From positions 1 to 64,000 of the forward strand of contig ADNK01000542.1 in assembly GCA_000320545.1 (NCBI GenBank): a stretch of DNA of 64,000 bases, written 5' to 3'. The stretch comes from Bigelowiella natans CCMP2755 (lineage: Eukaryota > Protista > Cercozoa). Shown here piece by piece: positions 37,467 through 50,603 of this stretch (the first letter of the stretch is position 1; each line of letters starts with the position of its first letter). The translations under genes and the position numbers were made by a program. The notes under the pieces were generated by a model. The model saw only the letters and a program-made list of their open reading frames with translations, had not been told where the DNA came from and searched no databases.

Positions 37467-40400
37467 TTATCCCAACGCTAACCTTGCTCGATAAAATGCT
37501 TCAATCTCCGCGTCGGTGGAAGGATCCCCTGTGCCTGAAACTCGAGTGTTATTTCCCGCTGCTGCTGCTGCTGCTACTTCTGATGCTTGACCCCTTTTGT
37601 TCTCCGTCTCTTTCCACCATCTCTCGAAATCTCTTTGCAATCTGTGTGGAAGAAAATTAGTGTTGGGGGCTACTGGTGTCGTTGAATATATGTCGTAAAA
37701 AATGGTACTGTCTTCTTGTTTTCTCGAGCCCGTGCTGCAGATGCTCTATAGCTTGCTTCAGCTAAGATATGGCACCCATTAGATCACATCACTTCGACTT
37801 CAGAAAACTTCGTTGTGCTGCCGTTACTTTTTTCAGATGCAAAAATAGCTTTTTGTAAGAATCCTTCTCATCTCGCAACGTCTTCAGGTGCTGCTCCTAC
37901 GAAAGGGTAGTAATGGAAGAATTTACGATTACGATATATTGTGAAAATATGAGCCACCTCTGTCTCGTCAGGAGCTTGCTGATTTCCATTAGATGTAGGA
38001 GTGCCCTGCTCCCCGCTAATGTTCTGGACTCCTTGCTTCAACCGATACCTAAACAATGAAACACATCTCTGTGAATGGATGATACCCGTTTAACAATACA
38101 TTTCAATCAAGCTAGGGCCACTCGGATCTTTGGAGCACAAGTATGAAAGCATGTGCAAGCATTACTGTTGAAGGGTGATGGTGAGGCGCTTGATCATGTC
38201 CCGTTTTTTATTAATTTCCTAAGCGAAAATGCCAGCAGCGCGATGTCACCAACAACGGAGGATTCAGCATAAACATAGGGGTGAGCTGTATTCTAAGGCA
38301 CCTTCCCCACAGCTTGTGCCTCTGCATATTTGACTCTTAATTCATCCTTTTGCGACTCCATTGCCTAGCCATGACACACATATACGTTCAGTGTTGCTAT
38401 TCTGATAGTGGTGACAGGGAAGTAGATGAAGAAGAAGAAGAAGAAGAGGAAGAAGAAGAAGCAATTCATTCACTTGTGTTTGCTTGTAGGAAGCCTTGAA
38501 CTCGTTAAATGCATCCTGCCTTTGTTTCAAAGCAGTTTTATCTTCCTCCGCAATCTAATACCAAGCACACCAAAAACCCAAACCAGATATTGTGGTGTCC
38601 TTCACATCCGATTGTTCTGAATATAGATATACTTCGGATAATACCGAGATGCCAGCCGTTACACGCTCTATGATCCGGCTCCCGCCCTTCTGCTCATGGC
38701 TTTTGCGACCTGCCAGCCTTGCACGTGTTTTGGCCTCGGCGATTCTCTCTTCAACAGTGGAGGCTTTGCCATGGGTGCTGCTGCTGCTGCTACTAAACTT
38801 ACCTGACTTTAACATGGAAACTAGCATCTTTATTTCCGCGTCACGTTCCTTTATCGTTTGCCTCAATTGATCTATTTCCACGGATAATGAAGCAGAGGAT
38901 GATGCCCCTCCTTTCATCTTGCCAGTGGCCTTGCCACGTGCATGTCTTTGGTTCATCCTCCTTGAGCTGCTTTGACCAACCGGGAGTTTGCGGCCATGTC
39001 TCCAGCCGTTCCCTTCTGCTGTCTTATCAGAATTCTCCTCTTTATTCTCGATTGATGATAGGAGCTCATTTCGAAGTATGGAATAGCAGTGCCGAATCTA
39101 GTCATGAAGATCATCAGGATCATCACCACCACCATCATTATCATCATCATCATATCATCCTCTTTTGGGGAAGGGGGAGGGGGGGGGGAAGGGAGCTTAC
39201 AACTAGTTGTCAAGCGCGGATGTACAAGATGGCAAGATGATACTACTTTGGAAGGATGAGCAAACTCGATATTTTTGGTTTGGTCTTCAATGAAAGCACG
39301 AACAGCTGCTTCGCATCGGTCTTTTTCCTCGGCTGAGAGCTCACTGTCAGCCTGACACACCACCCCCCACCCCCCAATTATCCAAGTGTCAGCAAACATT
39401 CACACATGGCTCAATGAAGAAAAGAAATCGCACATCGAATTTGCTCTCTCCCTTCGCCACTGAAAGTGCTTCTTGCAACTGAGAATATGAACGACAAAAC
39501 AACTCAGCTTTGTCTAACTTTAGCCGTGTTAGATTTCGGTTGTAGCTCACTTCTTGAACTTGGTTTTTCAAGTTACGGATGAGAAGTTTCGGGTCGGTTT
39601 CCTCGTTCACACGGGCATTGTTCTGCCAAAAGGATGATCAACATGCATCGCAGTATTAATACATAAATAAATCAATAAATAAAATAAATGTGAGGCTGCT
39701 TATATTTACTGGATATACAATTAAAAGGGCAAACAGACTTTAATCATAGCCACTCTTTGCGCGAACTTGCACGTAGATATTGACTCATCGATGTTCGACT
39801 TCACCTGAACAAAATTTTCATGTTTGGCCAACTATTTCTTATCATAATTGTCGCGAATCGGATCTTCGATGCTTTCTGCTCCTCATTTACTCGTCATTTG
39901 CTTACCGGTGAGCACGTTGCTATCATGCATGTTTTGCAGTTTCCTCCAAGACTGTCCTTCAGCACCGATGTCATCACGCTGTTACGGTACGGTACGTGCT
40001 GCCTGATGTAACAATAGCAGAAACAACATCGTGATTTCAGTATTGATGCCATGCAGCCATCATCCCTGAACGAGGCCCATCCATCATTACAATTGTTGCG
40101 TTCATTGTATGGTACCTCCTGCCTTTTGACTTGTCGTGCAGTGCCACGATTACCTTCGTATTTGGCAACACAGCAGCACAAACGATTATCAAAGAATCAA
40201 TCGCTACGAGACCAGCATTTGTCAAAATTGTTGTACTTGCTCGAGGAAATGCAGGGAAAGGTTGATGTGACACGCTTCTGTGAAGATCTTGCCATTCACC
40301 TGCGAGTAGGTCGAACGCCAACTGGATGAGGAAGTTGTTAGAGGATTTTACACATTTGAAAGAATGACCTTTGTCTTTTTAGTTCTCTCGGAACCGGCCA

Positions 40401-42031
40401 GATCGACAAGATGGAGCTTGGACACTTTCACCTTCCCACCTTTTCCCCCAATCGGTCTGGATGCTACGCTAAGAGTGAATATGCCTGATCCCAAGCAAAA
40501 GTCTTGTGTGTATGACAAATCTAGGCGATAAGGATTACTTTGAAGACAAGTTGGATCTTACAGTGCGAACGAGAGGATTGATCGTTCATGGGCGTCGCGC
40601 AAATAACCCGATTTGTGTCCCCGACAAAGAGTAGATTCAACGCATCTTCTTTCGACGCTACGGGAAATTCTCCTTTTGATAAAAGAAACCGCAAAATGTT
40701 TTAGAACAATGTCTACGGGGAGCTCGAAAAGCGACGACCTATATTGGAAAGATGCACCCTTCCATCCATTCCTTCTCTCATTGAAACCTGAGGAAGAAGA
40801 AGAAGAAGAAACGAAGGGACCTCAGGCCACAGTAAAGTTGGCTTTCATAAATTTCTTTCCTTAGGAAGATCTTCCAGCGATTTTCCTTCATGATTTGGAT
40901 CCAGAAGATCGTATCTGCATACCATCACACCCTACTCAAAGACTGTTGACACCACATGCCGGTAGTAGCGCAAACGATCACCCGCTGTTATTGTAGATTT
41001 CTAGATAGGAGAGCTTGACTGTTGTCCTAGAAGAAGTTGAGGGAAATGTAAAGTTCAGGATAATTGAATGAATAATTTCAAAGCGAAATGGATTCATTCA
41101 ATATTAGACTGGTTGAATTGGTACCGTGTGTCTTTTTTCTTTGCCGCCTCTTCGAACACCATCTCTATCGTTCTAGGAATAATTCCTTTTGCGATAGTGA
41201 TAACACATTATGTTAATTGGCAACAGTACGCTTTCCATGCTGCACAACGACGACGATGAGTGGCAGCTTTGTAAGCAAGCCTTCTGCTGTACCTCTATCT
41301 TCATATCGCTCCGGGCCTCCTGTTATCGTGAATGTCTTTCCACTTCCCGTTTGCCCGTATGCGAATATTGTGCCTAAATAAGATAGCATCACCTTATGCT
41401 AACATATCACATGCCACAGGGAATGTTGTGGAGTGTGCAAACTCACCATTGTATCCTTCCATTACGCTCAAAATGATGTCCTTCGCTATTTTGTCGAACA
41501 CCTGCAATCATCTTACACATGGTACCAAGTCTCCCAAGATAAGCGAAGGTGTTTGATACCTCATGTTGTGCTGTCCTTTGATCGAAAACTCCGTCAAATT
41601 TGAACTGCAAAGGGCGTCAAACAATAATTTCACTTCTCCTCGAAGACAAAAGGCAAGAATTTCATGTGCATACTTTGTAGTCTTCTATGTTGTGATTGAC
41701 ATCGCGCCCTTCTTGTCGGTCCCTTAATTTTCAAAGCCATTTAGGACGAGAACAGCACAGCAAAAACAAAACCCATACCTGGGGACTTCAAAGTGTATTA
41801 CACTCGATTCTGAGTCCGTGCTGTACATATTCGAGGCCCGCTTGTGCGGCCGAACCCGGCAGAAAATCTGTACATTTGATATATTAGGCACGCCACACAC
41901 ACAGCCACATTTCATCGTCTCATAATGTGTCCCAAATCACATACGTCCACATGGATGGCGTGCCTGTCACATGCCTAGGTAAGGATTGTGCGCTGTAGTG
42001 TCCCATTGCAGATAACCTTGATAGTGCTCAT
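37467..42031 (-). CDS. KIF6: Kinesin-9 family motor, KIF6-like, many exons
   Basis: MSTIK|[52 protein letters not shown]|[34 protein letters not shown]-terminal [17 protein letters not shown] resembles the KIF6 tail. Confidence 0.9.
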
Positions 42032-42524
42032 CAAGAGTATATATGAGGCTCTTATCTGAAGTATTGGAAAAATATACGGAGCATGCACTGGGGAGCTGTG
42101 GCCCTCCCCCTTCTACTAGTCGACGTAGAGCCACCACCAACTGATCGTTCGTTGCCGTTACGAGTTGCTCTGCCGGTTACGTTCTAGTTTCCGAGATCTG
42201 TGATGTAAAAATAGCATCCCGAAAATATCTGAATAATTTTTACCAGTTCAATCATCCAATGTCCCACAACTCTTTAGAGAAATATTAGAGCTGAAACTTA
42301 CCTACGTCCAGTTGCAGGGATGAATGATTGTTGCGGAGATGTTGTAGCTGGCACGTTGTGTCGTACTCGCGAGTAACAACCCGTATTTTCCGCCTAAAAA
42401 AAAACGGAATTTGGCGTGCAAAATTCCGTCAAAATAAAGGGGATTTTGAGCGAATTTCTTCTGCTGAGCCAAAAAGATCCAGAGAAAGGGGCCTCAATAG
42501 TATCCAGATATCCCAAGTGAAATA

Positions 42525-43167
42525 ATGCTCGGCTCGCGTGTGCTCTTGCGAGGGAGGCAACTGACCCTTTCGTGGAGGCTTTTGCAAGGGTACATTAAAG
42601 GTTTTTGGGGAGTGCGTTGTGTTTATTGAATTACCCTGTACAATTTGGAATAGGGGCGCCATCAAAAGCGCATATCGTAATACCGCTGCCTGCGCTTTCA
42701 GCGCAAAAGCAACCCCGCCTGAACGTTTAAGTTCGGAAGAGTTGTCCTCGCATCTTAGCGAAATGTCTGAATGGAAGATGGCAAGTGACAAAGAAGCTAT
42801 TTGCCGTACTTTGATTTTTGAAGATTTTGTGGAAGCTTGGGGGTTCATGAATTCTGTAGCCCTCTGTGCAGAGAAGGTATTAGCCCTCCGAGCTCATTCA
42901 AATAGAACTTGAACACTCGAAATCTTAATCACTAGGCAAACCATCATCCGGAATGGTTTAATGTCTACAATAAAGTTGAGATCACCCTTAACACGCACGA
43001 CTGTGTCCCACCAGGAATCTCCAAGAAGGTAATCTCATTTTCAGATGAGGGGTTTCCCGAATGTACGTCATCACTGAAAACATAAAAATGAATCTGTCGC
43101 CACTTTTTTTTAGGACATTAAACTTGCTCGTGAGATTGACATTTTGGCTTCAAAGTTAAAGGCATGA
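42525..43167 (+). CDS. PCBD: Pterin-4-alpha-carbinolamine dehydratase with mitochondrial-type presequence, 4 exons
   Basis: [20 protein letters not shown]|[28 protein letters not shown]|DIKLAREID. The HHP...THD catalytic histidines are intact. Confidence 0.93.
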
Positions 43168-43681
43168 AGGACATGTCCAGATGCCAGGACAAAGTGAAAT
43201 TTCAGGTCGCCCATGCAATTGGAGTGCGAAGTCATCGATGCAAGATTGTTCCATTGATGCTGCTTTTATTTATATCTGGCTCACCTTAGTACAGACATAC
43301 CATTGTTGGTAGTATCTGCGTAAGTGGGATGAGAACAGGTGGAGAAGAGGCAGCGAGGTCGATCGAGGTGGAGAAGAGCAGATAATTCAAGTTCTATCAT
43401 ATTTTACTCGTATGTAGCTGGGCATCGTGCGTGTATACAGCAAATCAATTGATATGAGTTATCCTACAAGACTGACTATGATTAGAACAGGCTTTGTACG
43501 GCCACGCATATGTCAAATATGTATATTGGCGCATGCGCAGCACGTGCATTATTCATACATGGAACGCGCCCTCGCCCTATTTGAGCAACATGGCTTCAAT
43601 TATGCGTGATGGTGTCATGACTGAGACCGCACCAGCTGTGTTGTGGAAGCATCGTGCGCACAAATATTTATAAATATTTTT

Positions 43682-43714
<33 letters not shown>

Positions 43715-43918
43715 GTGTGTGTACGTGTACGTGTATGTGTATGATATCTTGACTGCATATGCTATGTTGCATACGTGTATGCTGCGGTCATGAACTTGGT
43801 GCATTTCGGCACGACGATAATGCGGTGTACTACTTGATCAAACTTGTTGATGTCTATTTATCGCATACATCGACCAATGTATGGCCAGCTCCCCATCCTG
43901 TAAAATCAAATGAAAACC

Positions 43919-45361
43919 CTATGGGGGAATTTCCTTTACTGTACGAAGTTGGACTAGCGATTTCGCTTGCCAAAAGGAACTGAAAATTAACACCAATCCT
44001 CCCAGGATTGCGATGATGGAACTGAACATGGATAATCGTACTGGTAGATCTGGGACATCAAGCTGCTGGCGTAACGTGACGCTCACCTATTCATCGAATT
44101 CAATACGTAGTGACCAATTGCTTTGATGCAATATTTGCGATCGGTATAAAAATACCTGTCCTACTGAGCCTGTAAACAAACTCATGGCTATTGTCGTTCC
44201 CAGACAAAAGGCAAGAAGATAAACACCTAGATAGCTGAAATTGACGACCTTTCTAATCCAATAGTTTAATTTCTACCTGCTGTCTGCCATGAAGGCTGCA
44301 TTAAAGCTGGCAAAAGAACTATGTTTCACGAAATGGGACTCCTATTTCAATGAGTGTTAAATTCCACCTGGTATGACTCCCATCAGGTGCCCCGTCCCGC
44401 TGAAGCCATGAAAAATTCCCTGAAAATGCCGCATAAAAATGTGAAGACCTAGCAGTTGCCGATATATAGCAAAACAACCGTGGCAATAACAGCTCGAGGC
44501 CCCAGTTGGTACGTGCGAGACATATGAGCATCGTACCTAAACAGTGGTAAGCATTTCAGCTCATGTAAATGCTATTTATAAATTCTATGACTCAACTCGT
44601 CGTGAGAATGTCCATGTCCGCTGGAAGAGCTCCTGAGAATTAAAATTAATTAATAATACTACGTTCATTTGGATGCGTCATGAAACAGACCCTGCATTCT
44701 GCGACGGCAGAGCTGACATTTCGATATCGTCATGTTTCTTATTCCGGTATTTGTAGTGCTCTCTTGTCCTAATGTAGGTGGGTTGATTAGGAACTTGTTG
44801 GACTTATATCTGACATCAGTTGTACTCTTTCAGTCCATAAAGCCCAATAAGGATGAGTGTGACTCCCACACCAGCCTCAAGAAAATCCGAAAGACTCAGG
44901 ATGTCAAATGAACTCTGCAAAAAACAACATAATTCACTTGGGTTAGTGGCTTTTCTGGGTGTAAGAAAACGCACAGCATTGAACGTTGTGGTACTTTCAT
45001 CGTGAAGGCAATGCCTCCCATCATGCTAGCACCGAGGCCGTGCCCTAGACCCCACAGCCCACCAACACGTCCAGAAACGTACCAAGGCTTACCCCTAAAT
45101 TGTTCAAGTAAATACTTGAAGGATCTGACGAATAAATATAACTACATGCACAGAGGAAGGAGCGCTGCCATATGATCTGGGCCTGAAAAAATATATATGG
45201 AAGTTCTCATTTCTTCAGAAATTCGCTGGAAAATCGAACACAGGAAACACACCTGTGATCGCATGAAGCCCTCCCGCAATCATTCCGGCAGCAAGAGCCG
45301 CAAAAATGCCTCCGTCGAGGGATTTTTCATCGTGATTTGTAGCCATTGTCTCAACTTCCAT
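43919..45361 (-). CDS. NiCoT/UreH-like (CGF-like) nickel/cobalt transporter, ~11 exons
   Basis: AGGLHAIT|GPDHMAALLPL, GGLWGLGHG, His loop GHGHSHDE, ATGIFHGFSG, YLLAFCLGTTIAMSLFT, about six hydrophobic helices. Not present in the ORF track because the exons are short. Confidence 0.82.
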
Positions 45362-45694
45362 GGAGTTGAATCGAGCTTGGAATGCTCTTTGCGTTCACGA
45401 TGCGAACTACGAGGCGCTAAGCATGCCCCTTTCGCTTTCGGCTCGAGAGATGTTATTGGATAGACAGATGACGACATCCTTTCTTGGTTGTCGTTGCATT
45501 GATATCCTCGAGGAGGCAAGGATGAATTACAAAATTTGCGAGTCTGCCTGCAAACTATGATGAGCGACAATACATACCTTGACCAAGGATGACACAGCAA
45601 ATACCTTCCCGCGCAAAAACATGCGATCCCTACCGAGTAAAAATTGGGAAATACAGGTGAGTTTCTGACTGAGTCAAGGATATTATTTGTCTAA

Positions 45695-47550
45695 ATGCAC
45701 CGAATTAGTACCCTTCTCGCCCCCAAAGGCTCCTCATCCGAAAATCTCCACAAAAAGGCTTTGGCGCCCGCTGTCTCTGAGGTAGGTGGAAGGACATCCA
45801 TTCTTAGGCACGGGTTTGGTCTAAATCACACAAGTAATATCTGCTTAGTTTCCTACCGTTGGCACGATATCATGGAAGCCTTCCTGGACGCCTACCCCCA
45901 CTACCAAAATGATAAGGAGAACATCGATCCGAACGTGATCAATATGCTGAGTAATTTGGACGATGAATTTGAAAAGCAATTAAAGAAGACCAGTAAGATT
46001 ACTTCTAGCTGCAGACGACGGTTCACAAGAAAAGGCCTCTCGCAAAGAAATGCACGGGTTCAGTTAGAATTTGCAACGCCACCCTCCCGTGATAGACAAC
46101 AACGACTTGGTAATGAATTTGATTCTGGGAGTAGAACAAAGGACCAGAGGTAGAACAACGAATATGATATAAATACATAATCATAAATTTTGATAGTTAC
46201 TGGTTATTCTGACAATTGAATACCTACTGGCAAGTAGGTTTCCGTTGAACAAAATTGACTCGGCAACTAGATTTGCTACGCTGAATCACGCATTTTCTTC
46301 GGCGAAGAAAGATGGCCCCAAGCCATCTTCAAGTGAAATCGGAGCTTCATGTGGAGTGGGAAAAGAAGACTTTTCGCGAGTCGGAACTGAAGTACAAGTC
46401 CTGTCTTCGGTAGCGAAGTTTACATTATTAAGTCGATCTTCTTTATTCATTATTCCTCTGTATCTTTTTCTCCTCTGCTCTGCAAGATTCTCTATGACAG
46501 AACTTCAAGTGTTGAGGAATGCAGTGATGTCCTTGGCTATATTCGGGACCAGATGAAGAACCTTTCCAATAAACCTCAACAGCTTGCAAGAGAGCTAGAA
46601 CCCTTGATTTCAAATCTGGGAGACCAGTTTTCAATAACGCGGAGCACTAAAGAGTACAAAGCTGAGGTACGGTCAATCCGAGCATGAATAAATAAATTAA
46701 TGTGCACAGATCATGCCCTCAAAACCGATTGTTATCCGACCGGCTCATCCAATCGATGTTAGGTTCTTCAACTAATGGAAGATCTGATCGATTGTCTTAA
46801 GGAAAACTGCAGGCCATTCCTCAAAAATGTAAAATGGCGTCTTCTCTCTTGCTATTCTTGATCCATTCTCACAAAAAATTTATTTCAGTGGAACGAGGCT
46901 CTTAATGAAGGTGTGCGTCTGGATACTGAAACTTCGATTATCCACTTAATCAATGCCAGAATTTTTCTAATTTGGGTGCAAATTATACATCAGGACAATG
47001 CCATGAAAATTGGTTTTCACGTAGATCTTTTGCATCTAAGGTCTGTTATCATTTGACCTTCAAACAAAAAGAGACATATTGGATCGTTTCGCTCATCGTA
47101 TTATAAAGACAGTAGAGGCACGATTTGATACATTTTCTGAAGATTCTCTTGTTCCATGTAAACAAAACCGATAACTAAGGTGCAGCAAAATTTTGTACCC
47201 AACGAATACGAAGCATTGGGCAGCGTTCAGAACGACAGAAAGAGTCTAGGATCGCTGAAGGAGAGGGTCGGAGTACTCATAATGGGGAAAGGCTGCTGTT
47301 AACTGATGATGTTGATGGTTAGGTTTCCCCGACGGATAATATTGTATCCGGTATGAAGGACCCTGAAATTCGTCAAACATCTTCTGGAGAACCTCATAAA
47401 TGTTTGAGATACCGTGGGACACCTCAGCCGACTTCGTCAGCTTCCTCGGAAACCAGCAATACGAGTTCTAGTAGCTTCAAAATCGGGAAACTTTCAATCC
47501 TTATTTTGATTTCATTGCTTTTAGTCGCACTATCTTTGCTGAAGATCTAA
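45695..47550 (+). CDS. Hypothetical multi-exon protein with KEN motif and C-terminal transmembrane anchor
   Basis: Open segments flanked by GT/AG sites, containing DKENIDPN. The last exon ends KIGKLSILILISLLLVALSLLKI*. No family recognised and the exon structure is uncertain. Confidence 0.45.
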
Positions 47551-48500
47551 ACACTCATTCCCATTATACTGAATTTTAAGACAGTAAATGAAGTAGGATC
47601 AATTTAAGTGAGCTATCAGTCGTTCGAAAGTTAGGAATGCGTTCAATAGCGTTCTATTCGCACGCACGGAAATTAGGATCGCACCTATAGTGCGCTGTAT
47701 GCATACAAAAAAGAATTGTCCGAATAATTTATTAAAAGGAATTATTTTATGTTGGATATTGGCGGATGCTGTGTGTAGTGTGCAACATATACAGAGAGAA
47801 ACAACGCTCTGCATATGGGCTTTCGGCTTAGTAGTGTAGCCATACGTGTGTGCACATGATTACTATGATTACGTTTGAAAAGCTATGATTCCTGCACGGA
47901 CGTGATGCGTATGCATTATGGCTATTACTCCGCCTTCGATGAGCGCGGAGACGCATTTGCATGCAGGGTATTTGTGGCGGTGGGTGCTGTCCCGCAAATA
48001 TGCACCAGCTACACCTGACTGTGAACTCGACACGCACGCTCGACGTGAAGTAAATAAGCGTAGTGCTTATAAGAAAACCGCATAGCAAATGTGTAGTTGT
48101 CTGCGCTGCCGTGCCATGGATGTAACTGTATACGGCGTATATGCGTTGCCAAAAAAATGATTAGAAGATTTAGCTTCGTCTATCTACTAGATCTACAGTC
48201 ACATGCCAAGCTAGCTAAGCGATTAGCGTGCATCTCTTCCTTGCCCTGTTGCTGACTATAGGCCAGTATGTCTATTCTTTTATACAAGATGATGACTGCG
48301 TCGCAGAGCTGTATAGCTGGTGTAATTTCTTGTGTCTATTACTGAATCGCTGCATCGCTGCCATATGCTATCCACTGTGGTTACATGTGTGCGCCATTGT
48401 AATTGGCAACACGTTGTCGATTCGTGATTGCGTGATGTCGACAACGAAAATAGATTTGATTATTCCATTAACATTATGGCGGCTTTCTTGCTGCTTTGTG

Positions 48501-50179
48501 TCATTCAGCTGTCTCTTTCAACATAGCTTTTCTGTAAGGCTCCATGTCCATTCCGAATTTAGAGTATCGCGCAGCTACAGCTGCAAGAGTAAATTTATTC
48601 CAGTACCTATGCCCCTTTTTCACACGACCAAACAAAGCATCATCAAGGCATTCTATGCGGAGACAATTTTTCGAGAGAAAACAAAAGTTCAATGATTCAC
48701 CGGTTCTGGGAATCCAAGGACAGTCCTTTGTGGAGGCAACAGGTTAGCGATTGTGCTTTCCAATCTTCGTTCAGGCCAACAAAGCAGATAGTTCCTTTTC
48801 GCCCACCCACCTTGCCAGTTGCCGATCCTAATTACCATTTCAAACCACGAGGCTCACCATCATTGTCATGAAGAGCATGGAAGAAAGAGTTGGCGTGAGT
48901 GAATTATTTGTGGGGAAAGCACCACTCGGCATCCTTCCTTCTGTACGTAATGTTCATCACATATCTCTGAGCTCCTGGCGTGACCCTTGTACCTCGGTGC
49001 CATAGGTCCTGTCTGAATTAGATGGCACACATCTTCGATGACGAAAGGATTTCATTGCTGATTTGTTCAATCAAGAGTAAATTAGCACATCGATTCTCAC
49101 CTATAGACAAGTAGACTTCCCTTCTTGTAACGAGTGCAAACTTCCCTTTTGTATAGGGATTGCCTGAACTTGTACACATCTGGATTCCTACTTCTGTAAT
49201 TCGTCTCAGCCATCTCGCGGTCGTTAATCCAATGGCCAGTTACTCCAGGGGTAAGCACTGACGCTCCAGGCGTGTATGCAGGATCTTCCTTCCCTTCTCT
49301 GAGAACAACAGCTGTACCTCCTGCACACTTTTCATAGTCGGAAAGGTATAGGATGAATGATACAGCGTCCGGGTTGTCCCAGTTAGAAGGGTGGACAAGG
49401 GTGTGCTGTATATGATAACAAGCAAATGTTAGCGCTCAATATCTAGTCACATATGTGTATGATTGAGCACATTTGGATAGTCGCAATGAATTCTTTGGTC
49501 GTGAGATTCTCTCGGTTTACGCTTTTCAAAACGTTTTTTGTCCACCCCCGTCTTCTCCCATGCTTCGGCTTGGGTCAGCCTGAGAGAAACGAATAAGCAT
49601 TACCTTCCGAATACTACATAGTGATTCGAAATAAGTAGCAAATACCGGACACAAGTTGTGCCCAGAAGTTGCTTGGCGATGCGGATGATGTCCATGTGAA
49701 CGGAGGCCTGATTTATGGATTTTGCGGGGCTCGGGAATCTGTGACAAGAAGACATTTCAGTTCAGAGAAATAGCGCGTGTGTAATAGGTACGTTAGCTCG
49801 CCCTCGATTCCAAATTTCGTTCCACCACCGCCTGATGTGCCAAGGAAAGTACAGCAAACTTAGTAAACGCTCCGATCGAAACACGTGTTAGAAGCACCGG
49901 CTATATCCCCGATTTCAGTCCTCCGTTCCCCCGAGCAAATGAAGAGGTTTATGAAAAATCAAAATTTGGAAGGCAATGAGGTTTCTGTTAGGATATCAAG
50001 ATTGTCTTCTACCTAAGCGATTCAACGAGTTGTTCCGAGAGCACGCCGGATAAGTGGAGCGCTCCTTTGGACCTCCACGTCTCCACTTGGTCACCACTAA
50101 GGATTTCTTTGGTTTTCCCTATTTTAGCCGGTTCAGGGTCGAAGAAGGACCCACTGCCAAGTGTCGCTGTGCTGGCCAT
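48501..50179 (-). CDS. PhyH-like Fe(II)/2-oxoglutarate dioxygenase, ~9 exons
   Basis: ILSGDQVETWRSKGALHLSGVL; facial triad RIHCDYPN|HTL ... DLWHRGT; 2OG-binding Arg in QRYVMNI. C-terminal QRTVLGFPEP|GHRYWN..LAAVAARY..MDMEPY. Confidence 0.82.
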
Positions 50180-50603
50180 TGTGGAACAGTGTTGAGGAGA
50201 TGACGACGTAGACCCCCACCCTCACAACAGCGTTTTCGGTCGTCCTTGATAGTGTTAGGATTCGCAGAACAAAATCGGCTGAAAAGGCCTGTCGTAGGTG
50301 GCTGATCGCCCATAGTAAAGAGGAAATTCCCCGCACAACTTCTTATGTTTTCTCGGGTTTTCTGTACATTTCGCCCTACTGTTTAACTGCTCTCATTTAT
50401 TAGCGGGCATGTTCATGTTGTCGTTCCAAGCTGATGATCTAGATCCTTCCTCGGGTTTATCGGCCTCAAACTCTTGTTAATTCCCTGCGACAACGTTCCT
50501 TGGATGTCGCATGCATACAAAATACCAGCAGTCTGCTAGGACGCCATTTGCAAGGCCTTTTCCCGAGAGATCTCACTAGACCCTCCCACGTCGTAGCCAG
50601 GGA

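Noticed and set aside
21583-45361. Cofactor gene cluster (MogA fusion, pterin dehydratase, Ni/Co transporter)
   Set aside because: They are separated by 17 kb and six unrelated protein genes. Without synteny or co-expression data, chance is sufficient.
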